Positions 1-6,940 of a stretch of DNA of 17,210 bases are shown piece after piece. Both the position numbers and the translations under genes were made by a program. The notes beneath the pieces are model-generated. The model was not told the DNA's origin. It did not search any database and was given only the letters and a program-made list of their open reading frames with translations. The DNA lies in the NCBI GenBank assembly GCA_038257035.1, contig JBBSJT010000047.1, forward strand, positions 1-17,210, read 5' to 3'. Positions within the stretch are counted from its first letter, which is position 1. Each line of letters starts with the position of its first letter. This DNA comes from Chlamydiia bacterium (lineage in GTDB: Bacteria > Chlamydiota > Chlamydiia > Chlamydiales > Parachlamydiaceae).

Positions 1-8
1 AGCGATCA

Positions 9-31
9 TGCATATCCTGTAAAAAATCATA
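9..31. repeat. Partial copy (right arm) of the palindromic element family seen at 4522-4652
   Basis: 9-31 TGCATATCCTGTAAAAAATCATA is the exact reverse complement of 4519-4541, and 9-28 is identical to 4633-4652. The element is probably cut by the window edge. Confidence 0.8.
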
Positions 32-109
32 AAGTTTAAATGGATTTTGCAATGCTTAAAAAAATATTTAATTGTACGATTGTGTAACATCAGTGATTTT
101 GACTATGGT

Positions 110-145
110 AAAAAAAAGGCCCGTATCACTATGTACACGGGCTTT
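110..145 (-). terminator. Intrinsic terminator of the DUF1207-like gene
   Basis: Minus strand reads AAAGCCCGT...ACGGGCCTTTTTTTT, a GC stem followed by a U-tract, 5 nt after the stop at 151. Confidence 0.75.
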
Positions 146-150
146 ACTGA

Positions 151-1386
151 TTAGTAGCTATATGAGAAGCGGATACTCAAATAGTTTGAGGCAAGTTTTT
201 GAAACTGTCCATCAAGCGAGTATCCATCATGGTACTCAATGTAGGCGCGCACTTTACGGCAAAGTCCATAGAGTTTACCAATTTCATAGCCAAGAACATA
301 AGTTTGATCTATGTGATGTTTAAAATCTTTACGAAAACGAAAATTCATCGCGTAAAAAGGTTCGCCATAAAGTTGATTGCAAAAATCTGTAAAACCAAGA
401 TGCCTTAAACGAAGCTCAGCACCAACTTCTGCAAAAACACGTCCTGTTTTAAATGTTTCATCCTGATGGATAATAACACCGACTCCGGCATAATAGCGTA
501 TTTCATCTGTGAAGTCATTAGACACAAAAAAATCGATAAATTCGGCGCTTGGATTACGACGGTCAATATAAGATTGACCTAATATAAATTCATCCCCTAA
601 ATGCGTTGAGACATGGTAGCCACGTAAACGGAATTGCCATCTACCAAAAGCATAGGTAATTGGAAAGCCTACATAATAATCGGCATTGATAAGTGGTGAA
701 TCATCACTTAAAGGGTTAAAAACGGCCCATAAAGCACCCTCTAGCTCCAACTGAAGCTCTCCATGACAAGGTCCGATGTTATTCCAGCGGTAGATTGCCA
801 ATGTATCCCCAAATGAGATATCGATGATATTTTTTCCAAGTGCCTGATCGTTAAATCTCCAACCTACTGAATAATTAATCTGTCTTGGATCTGCAAGAAG
901 GGTTCTAAAAAGAACAGGACACTCAGGCAGCCAAACACCCCATAGACCACAGCGTCTTGCAAAATCGCAATCACTTTCAGCAAAGGGACAGCGTTGAGGA
1001 TTTAAATCAATGGATGGAGGGGCAATATTGATAATACCGTTAGAATTACCTTCATAACTTCTGAAACCAATATTTCTTGTTTCTTGGGTTCCACAGCAAT
1101 CAGAAAAAGTTTCTTCTTTTTCAAATTCACAAGGTTCAATTGTGCTTAATTCACATGAAGAATTTATTTTAGTATCGTTTTTCTTAGATTTATTGTGATC
1201 ACATTCACAAGGCTTTCCTGTAGCGCAGCCACAATTGCAATTTACCTCACAAGCACATCCACAAGGTCCTGTTTCGGTTTTTGAGACATTTTGATGATGG
1301 GGGGTATTCATCTCTTGTCCAACTAGCTGGCCTGTAAATAGACCAAAAGCTAAAAAAAGACAAAACATAGACTTAAGCGTATGCAT
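151..1386 (-). CDS. Exported DUF1207-like probable outer-membrane beta-barrel protein with a Cys-rich N-terminal region
   Basis: 411 aa ORF with an N-terminal signal peptide and the motifs LLADPRQ, INADYYVG and YHVSTHLGDEF recalled for DUF1207. It has alternating beta-strand patterns and an aromatic C-terminus (SIRFSYSY). Confidence 0.75.
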   Translation of the reverse strand: MHTLKSMFCLFLAFGLFTGQLVGQEMNTPHHQNVSKTETGPCGCACEVNCNCGCATGKPCECDHNKSKKNDTKINSSCELSTIEPCEFEKEETFSDCCGTQETRNIGFRSYEGNSNGIINIAPPSIDLNPQRCPFAESDCDFARRCGLWGVWLPECPVLFRTLLADPRQINYSVGWRFNDQALGKNIIDISFGDTLAIYRWNNIGPCHGELQLELEGALWAVFNPLSDDSPLINADYYVGFPITYAFGRWQFRLRGYHVSTHLGDEFILGQSYIDRRNPSAEFIDFFVSNDFTDEIRYYAGVGVIIHQDETFKTGRVFAEVGAELRLRHLGFTDFCNQLYGEPFYAMNFRFRKDFKHHIDQTYVLGYEIGKLYGLCRKVRAYIEYHDGYSLDGQFQKLASNYLSIRFSYSY

Positions 1387-1490
1387 ATTTCACTCTCTCT
1401 TTTAGTGTCACGTTAAAATTTGAATCTCAATCTATATAGTATTTAGTATTATTCTACCAAGAAAAAAAGGTGGGCTTCTTAATAACTTTA

Positions 1491-1741
1491 CAGTTCAAGA
1501 CCTCCCGATCCCTCATAGCGATAAATTATCGTGCCCGTGCCCGTGCCCATGCCCGATTTATTTCTTGTTTACTCCTTTTGCTCCTTCATTTTTCTGAAGT
1601 TGCGAATGCTTTTACGCATTAAACAAGGATCTGCTTAAGCTTAGTTTAATAGAAATAAGAAATAAAATAATTAAATCGGGCATGGGCACGGGCACGGGCA
1701 CGATAGTTTATCGCTATGAGGGATCGGGAGGTCTTGAACTG
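1491..1741. repeat. Long inverted-repeat element with 70 bp arms (MITE/REPIN-like)
   Basis: Arms 1491-1560 and 1672-1741 are reverse complements with one mismatch, around a 111 nt AT-rich spacer. Each arm contains (GTGCCC)3-ATGCCC. Confidence 0.9.
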
Positions 1742-1947
1742 CCACCGTGGATATTTACGGGTACGATTGATCGGGAGGCATTGAAATGCTTAGAGGACGT
1801 AGATACTATTCAGGGGTGTTAACGAAAGGGCTGCCGGGTCCGGGATAGTCTGTAACGCGATAAAATATTTCAGGAAAATAGAAATAGACGATTAAGCCAA
1901 TGAGAAGGAATATAGACCAAAAAATATAAAGAAATAAAATGTAGGGC

Positions 1948-2346
1948 CTATTTGGTTTTTTCAACATAGATGTTATTTATCACCTTTTGTACGCCTAAGG
2001 TATTTTTTGCTTTGGTTTCCGCTCTTAATTTTATTCTATCGGAATCAATTAGTCCCGTTAAGGTTACTTCATGCCCTATTGTGTAAACTTGAATAGAGCT
2101 TGCATAAGGGGCAATCAAAACATCATCAAAAAAAGCCTTTTCAACTTTTAAAGTAAGTAGCTTTTCAGCATCTGTTCTATTTGGGTAAGCAAATCTTGAT
2201 GGATCAGAGCTATTTTGATTATAAGGGGAAGGCTGATTGTATTGGTAATATTGACTATTTTGATTATAAACATAGCTAAAAAGAGAAACTTCAAGAAAAC
2301 TGAATTGAAAAACAAAGATAAAGGATGTAAGGACAAATTTTTTCAT
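1948..2346 (-). CDS. BON domain protein, predicted exported
   Basis: Signal peptide, then a Q/N/Y-rich linker, then a BON pattern (D..LTLKVEKAF...IQVYTIGHEVTLTGLIDS...AETKAKNTLGVQKVINNI). Confidence 0.85.
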   Translation of the reverse strand: MKKFVLTSFIFVFQFSFLEVSLFSYVYNQNSQYYQYNQPSPYNQNSSDPSRFAYPNRTDAEKLLTLKVEKAFFDDVLIAPYASSIQVYTIGHEVTLTGLIDSDRIKLRAETKAKNTLGVQKVINNIYVEKTK

Positions 2347-2356
2347 TTATAACCTT

Positions 2357-2397
2357 AAAAAAAGCTGAATGATGAATCGTATGATTCACCATTCAGC
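2357..2397 (-). terminator. Intrinsic terminator downstream of the beta-barrel gene
   Basis: Minus strand GCTGAATGGTGAATC-ATAC-GATTCATCATTCAGC-TTTTTTT: a 15 bp stem with one G-U pair, followed by U7. Confidence 0.75.
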
Positions 2398-2423
2398 ATA
2401 AATACAACAATTAAACTATAATA

Positions 2424-3092
2424 TTAGAAGTAGTATTTAAGTCCTACACCAACATCATTGTTGTAAAGTTTGCGCTCACGTGCTTTGAAGAATCGATATT
2501 CTAAAGAAAGATCGATTTCATCGCAAATTGGGTATGCCAATCCGGCAATGATCTGCCAAGCAAAACCACCGTTACAGTGATGATGACGGCTGCTGCTGTC
2601 GCTGCTGTTATGATGACGGCCATTACGTGTATTAGCATAACCTACGCCAGCACCAACAAATGGCTTAACGCACCAATCTTGGCATCCACCGATATCATAG
2701 AAGCCATTAAACATGTAAGCGTTTTGTACAAAGTTTTTATGTTTTGAACAATAGCTTCCACTTGTGTTACCAGCAGAGTACCAACGGTGTCTACCTTGGT
2801 TACTACGGTAAGCATATTCAAATTCCATACGGATATCATGGCACCAACGGTATCCAACTGACGCATCAACTACATAACCTGTGTTGAAGTGTCTTTTGTT
2901 GTGGTATGCACTTCCACCATGTGAATGTGAACTAGAAATAAAGTTAGCACCAGCAAAAGTTCCAACGTAGAAACCAGTCTGGTCTTCACAGCAAATGTCC
3001 TCGTAGCAGCAGCCTGCATCTGTCCAAGCTTGCGCTGTACTAGCACCAAGTAGCATCATAGATGCCATTAGCAACGTAAATTTTTTTTTCAT
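2424..3092 (-). CDS. Outer-membrane beta-barrel protein (OmpA-transmembrane/opacity-porin-like, probably 8 strands)
   Basis: Signal peptide ending AQA and the motifs GFYVG, VGYR, RMEFEY, YMFNGFYD, KPFVGAGVGY, FAWQIIAGLAY and LEYRF, with C-terminal GLKYYF. The start at 3092 follows GGGGAA; the alternative start is 3104. Confidence 0.85.
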   Translation of the reverse strand: MKKKFTLLMASMMLLGASTAQAWTDAGCCYEDICCEDQTGFYVGTFAGANFISSSHSHGGSAYHNKRHFNTGYVVDASVGYRWCHDIRMEFEYAYRSNQGRHRWYSAGNTSGSYCSKHKNFVQNAYMFNGFYDIGGCQDWCVKPFVGAGVGYANTRNGRHHNSSDSSSRHHHCNGGFAWQIIAGLAYPICDEIDLSLEYRFFKARERKLYNNDVGVGLKYYF

Positions 3093-3544
3093 AATATTCC
3101 CCATAAAAGGTTTTCGGATTACGTTCTTTAAAATGGATTAAACCCCTAAATAATTTCAACATGTTTTTTTTAAGCTTGCTAAGAGCTGATCTTTCGTCAA
3201 AGGCTTTTAAGTGGCTCCAAGCAAACTTTCCATAAAAACTGAAAAACGTTTAAACTATTAATTTTAAACAATTTAAAAAAAAATTTAACCCCTTTAGGAA
3301 CTGCTTTTACCATCCACTAAAACAACTTTCTTGCCTCTTTTTTTTTTAATTTTTTTTCTTTGAACCTAAAAAAAAAGTTCTTTTTAAGAAAAAAAAAGCG
3401 TTTTTTTAACTTAAAATTATGGTTAAAATTGTCAAGACACACTTAACCTGCTGAACTAAAGAAGCTTAAAAAAATTCACTCCAGGGCTATGCCTCAATGA
3501 CAAATAATCTAAACCCCTAATTCTTAACTTATTGAACCGATATT

Positions 3545-4318
3545 CTAAGGATGCTCTTGAATAAGGTTCGTCCAATAAGTTTGTAGCTTAACATTTAAAA
3601 ACGAAGTTAGTTTGTATAAAGGGACAGGCCAGTAATGAAAATGTTCGGTATCTACAAATGCAATTTTATCATCTAAACAAAAAGGAATATTATTCAAATA
3701 AACAGAATCTTTTAAACCTGCTTCATTCATAATTACAGATAAAGCGTGCAGTTTTTCTTTTGTGACGTGTTGAGTTCCTTTCCATCTAATTGAGTTTCCT
3801 CGTTGGTCAAATATATCCATATCTTCAACTACCAAGACAAAATGTTTTTCAACATTTTCATCTCTCGGGACTTGATAAATCCATTTTTTCGGAACTTTAA
3901 AACTTTGTTGAAAGCCATATTGTTCAATTACAGAATTAATAACTAAAGCTCCCTGAATGCGTTTCATCCATTTTTCCCAATCGATAATTTCATAGCTTTC
4001 ATCTGTATAAACTTTGATCAGATAATTTTTAATTTTTTTATGTTTAAGTATAATTACCTTACTACATCCTTTCGCTCCGGTCGTTTTAAAACCTGCCTTT
4101 CTCAAAGTCTCATCATTCTTTAAAACGTCATTTGATGTAAAAATTTTGTCCAATTTTTTTCGCAATGGGTGTTGTTCCGGTAAAAAATAAGGCTTTAGTT
4201 GTTGATAAACATGTACCGGTACATAAGGCGGACAGCCCAAATCGGCGTTTAGAAAAGTTGTGTTCAAAATGATTAAATTTATAAAAATAAAAACATACGC
4301 TCTAAAAAAAACAGTCAT
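3545..4318 (-). CDS. Predicted exported protein with an atypical protein-kinase-like fold
   Basis: Hydrophobic N-terminus followed by ordered motifs GAKGCSKV, YLIKVY, VPK, LVVED, GLKDSVYLNNI and IAFVDTE. An AGAGGAG RBS lies upstream. Confidence 0.6.
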   Translation of the reverse strand: MTVFFRAYVFIFINLIILNTTFLNADLGCPPYVPVHVYQQLKPYFLPEQHPLRKKLDKIFTSNDVLKNDETLRKAGFKTTGAKGCSKVIILKHKKIKNYLIKVYTDESYEIIDWEKWMKRIQGALVINSVIEQYGFQQSFKVPKKWIYQVPRDENVEKHFVLVVEDMDIFDQRGNSIRWKGTQHVTKEKLHALSVIMNEAGLKDSVYLNNIPFCLDDKIAFVDTEHFHYWPVPLYKLTSFLNVKLQTYWTNLIQEHP

Positions 4319-4521
4319 TAAATCTCCTCTCTTGTTACATGAAAATAAATGACGATACTACAAATGAAATGAATTTAGCAATATTTTATTATTTGAAATG
4401 AAGAAGTCTGACAAGGCTTCCAGTTAGAATCTCTAACAGCGGGGTACAAAAGCTTTGAACAATTCGCATTTTGATTTACTTTTCAGTAGCACGAGTATAT
4501 AAACGTTCTACTACCTTCTAT

Positions 4522-4652
4522 GATTTTTTACAGGATATGCACTACGCTCGCGCGGCACGATAAGCAGATAATATTTACCCCTGTATTACTGAAAGTTGAT
4601 ATTTTCTTGGCTTTAATGCCGCGCGAGCGTAGTGCATATCCTGTAAAAAATC
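4522..4652. repeat. Inverted-repeat element with perfect 36 bp arms
   Basis: 4522-4557 GATTTTTTACAGGATATGCACTACGCTCGCGCGGCA is the exact reverse complement of 4617-4652, around a 59 nt spacer. Confidence 0.9.
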
Positions 4653-4720
4653 GTATAGGCTATAGCAATAGATTTTATGATCTATTTTTTTAGATTAGAG
4701 TAGAACCAGTATCTGCAGAG

Positions 4721-4942
4721 TTAGAGGTTGTACTGTTTTTTTAGTTCGTCAAATAGCGCATTGACTCTTTCAAGCGCATTATCTGAATCTTCTTGCAGTA
4801 CATGAATTTCTCTTTGGCGGGCTGCTTTTTCAGCTCTAAATCTTGCAACGCCGGGAGTATCTTCTTTTCGATTTTTCACGTTAGAAACTTGAATGCGAGA
4901 TTTTGTTTCTGAATGTTTTATATCTTGATTATTATTAATCAT
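4721..4942 (-). CDS. Small hypothetical protein (73 aa) with a helical C-terminus
   Basis: AGGAGG at 4950-4955 lies 7 nt before the ATG. The ORF does not overlap other genes. Confidence 0.65.
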   Translation of the reverse strand: MINNNQDIKHSETKSRIQVSNVKNRKEDTPGVARFRAEKAARQREIHVLQEDSDNALERVNALFDELKKQYNL

Positions 4943-5099
4943 AGCTTTTCCTCCTGTTAACTATTCAATCTTAACTAAAATAGTTATCAGAATTATACAC
5001 AACGATTTTTTATTAATATTACAAAATAAAGAATAGTTTTTTGAATGCGACAGGGAAAATGAGAAGAATGCCCGAGATAGGACAAGAAAAAATCAATTT

Positions 5100-5135
5100 A
5101 TTTTCTTCTAGTCGCATTCGCGACTAGAAGAAAAT
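5100..5135. other. Perfect 16 bp hairpin at the 3' end of rpsD (atypical terminator or stabilising stem)
   Basis: ATTTTCTTCTAGTCGC-ATTC-GCGACTAGAAGAAAAT, 9 nt beyond the rpsD stop. No U-tract immediately follows the GC core. Confidence 0.6.
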
Positions 5136-5144
5136 TTGAAAACA

Positions 5145-5762
5145 TTAAGTTGAGTGTGCTAAGAAGTCACAGATCTCAGGTAAACGAATTTCAATTGGCC
5201 AAGGCATTTGTTCTTGCGTTGGTTTAGCCATTAATTGACCAGACATGTTACCGTCTAATGTCAAATATGGAGGAACTTCACGTCTTGGGCTTTCAACTGA
5301 TTCAACAATTGCTTTGACAGTACGTGATTTTTCTTTAACTGAAATAACCATTCCAGGTTTTACTTGGAAAGAGCGGCGATCCACTTTTTTCCCGTTCACA
5401 AAAATATGACCGTGAGAAACTAATTGCTGCGAAGCAAAAATGGAATTACCAAATTTCAAGCGGTAAACCAATGTGTCCAAACGACATTCTAGCATTGAAG
5501 CTAGATTATCTGCTGTATTTCCAGGAATACGCAACGCTTCTTTATAGTATTTAACAAGTTGTTTTTCGCTAAGCATACCATAAATTGCTTTAAGCTTTTG
5601 CTTTTCTTCTAACTGCAGTCCATAATCGGATTTCTTACGGCGACGTGCCCCGTGAACTCCCGGTGGATTTGGTTTATGCAATAAAGGGTTGCGTGCTTTT
5701 CCGAAAATGTTAACGCCAAAACGTCTGGCGATTCGGTTTTTATTACCTATGTAACGGGCCAT
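5145..5762 (-). CDS. rpsD: 30S ribosomal protein S4
   Basis: Motifs MARY..., PPGVHG, SDYGLQLEEKQK, LECRLD and QLVSHGHIFVNGKKVD. AGGAG spacing favours the second Met (5762) over 5765. Confidence 0.98.
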   Translation of the reverse strand: MARYIGNKNRIARRFGVNIFGKARNPLLHKPNPPGVHGARRRKKSDYGLQLEEKQKLKAIYGMLSEKQLVKYYKEALRIPGNTADNLASMLECRLDTLVYRLKFGNSIFASQQLVSHGHIFVNGKKVDRRSFQVKPGMVISVKEKSRTVKAIVESVESPRREVPPYLTLDGNMSGQLMAKPTQEQMPWPIEIRLPEICDFLAHST

Positions 5763-5814
5763 CATATCTCCTAAAAGATTTGTAAATGATCTTCTATTTG
5801 TTTAGAAAAAACGA

Positions 5815-5844
5815 ATTATCTCATAATATTCCATTTTTTTGCAA
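5815..5844 (-). promoter_or_regulatory. Possible sigma70-type promoter for rpsD
   Basis: Minus strand TTGCAA-N18-GATAAT with TG just upstream of the -10. The AT-rich background makes this weak. Confidence 0.3.
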
Positions 5845-5887
5845 TGTAGAACTTGATCAAAAAAAAAATTCACCTTAACTTAAAGCC

Positions 5888-6931
5888 ATGGAAGATCAAA
5901 TTTCAAATATAACCACTGACGATTTTATCACTCTAACAGACAACCTTTTACAAGGTATTATTCGCATCAGGTATAATGATGGATTGATTACGGCTTTTAA
6001 TGAAAAAGCTTGTAACATGTTGAGTTTAAAAAAAGAAGACGTTTTAAATACCCATTTTTTAAAACATCTAACCGATTCATTTTTTGGATTTTCTATTCAA
6101 AAAGCAATAAATGAAAAAAAAATTACTCCTTTTGCCAAAAATCCTTATGTTAACCAAGAGAATGTTAATCATGAGATGCAAAATTGGACAATTAACTGCT
6201 GTTTTGGAAATGAAAGTCTTATCATCAACTTAAGTGATTTAAGTGAGGATAAAGCAAACAAAAGATTAAAGGATTTAGGTGGCATGACTGCTATGCTTGC
6301 CCACGAAATTAGAAATCCTTTGGGTGGAATCAAAGGATTTGCCTCCCTTTTACGAAAGGACCTCGAAGAAATGCCTCATTTGAGGCAAATGGCGGAATTG
6401 ATTATTGATGGCACGGACAATTTAAATAATTTGGTGACACACATTTTAAATTTTGCTCATCCCCTCAAAATGAAATTTTTTGAAGTCAATTTAACTGAAA
6501 TGGCGGTAAAATTAAAGTCGGCCATCGAAGTAGATGAAAAACTTAAAAACCAGCTTAAAAATCAAAACATTCACTTTGAAGTAAAATCGCTAAAGGAAAG
6601 CATTTACTTGGCGGCAGATGCCGAACTTTTACGCTCCTGCCTCTTTAATTTAATCATCAATGCCATTCAAGCTATGCCAAATGGCGGTAATTTAGCCCTT
6701 CTCCTAGATGAAAATGAACATCATGTGATCATCGAAGTCATTGATGAGGGAACAGGCATAACAGAGCAAAATCTTAAAAAAATCTTTTCGGCATTCTTTA
6801 CGACAAAAGAAGATGGAAATGGTTTTGGTTTGCTTGAAGTCAATAAAGTGGTACAAGCGCATAAGGGAACGATTGAAGTCTATTCCAAGGTCAATTCCGG
6901 AACTACCTTTACTATTAAAATCCCAAAATAA
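5888..6931 (+). CDS. atoS: Cytoplasmic sensor histidine kinase (NtrB/AtoS-like, chlamydial CtcB type) with an N-terminal PAS-like domain
   Basis: H-box AHEIRNPLGGI, N-box NLIINAIQAM, G1 DEGTGI, F-box FFTTK and G2 GNGFGL. No transmembrane segment is apparent. Confidence 0.9.
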   Translation: MEDQISNITTDDFITLTDNLLQGIIRIRYNDGLITAFNEKACNMLSLKKEDVLNTHFLKHLTDSFFGFSIQKAINEKKITPFAKNPYVNQENVNHEMQNWTINCCFGNESLIINLSDLSEDKANKRLKDLGGMTAMLAHEIRNPLGGIKGFASLLRKDLEEMPHLRQMAELIIDGTDNLNNLVTHILNFAHPLKMKFFEVNLTEMAVKLKSAIEVDEKLKNQLKNQNIHFEVKSLKESIYLAADAELLRSCLFNLIINAIQAMPNGGNLALLLDENEHHVIIEVIDEGTGITEQNLKKIFSAFFTTKEDGNGFGLLEVNKVVQAHKGTIEVYSKVNSGTTFTIKIPK

Positions 6932-6940
6932 GGCTTTTAT

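Noticed and set aside
72..408. Short plus-strand ORFs 72-323 and 199-408
   Set aside because: They are antisense to a well-supported gene and have no recognisable motifs.
1531..1554. GTGCCC iterations and the long repeats as a CRISPR array
   Set aside because: There are no unique spacers between direct repeats, the long repeats are inverted pairs, and no cas genes are present.
1790..1860. GC-richer patch as an IS end or ncRNA
   Set aside because: No partner terminus, convincing fold or recognisable family motif was found by eye.
2148..2869. Alternative-frame ORFs 2148-2336 and 2642-2869
   Set aside because: They are nested within the BON and barrel genes and look like shadow frames.
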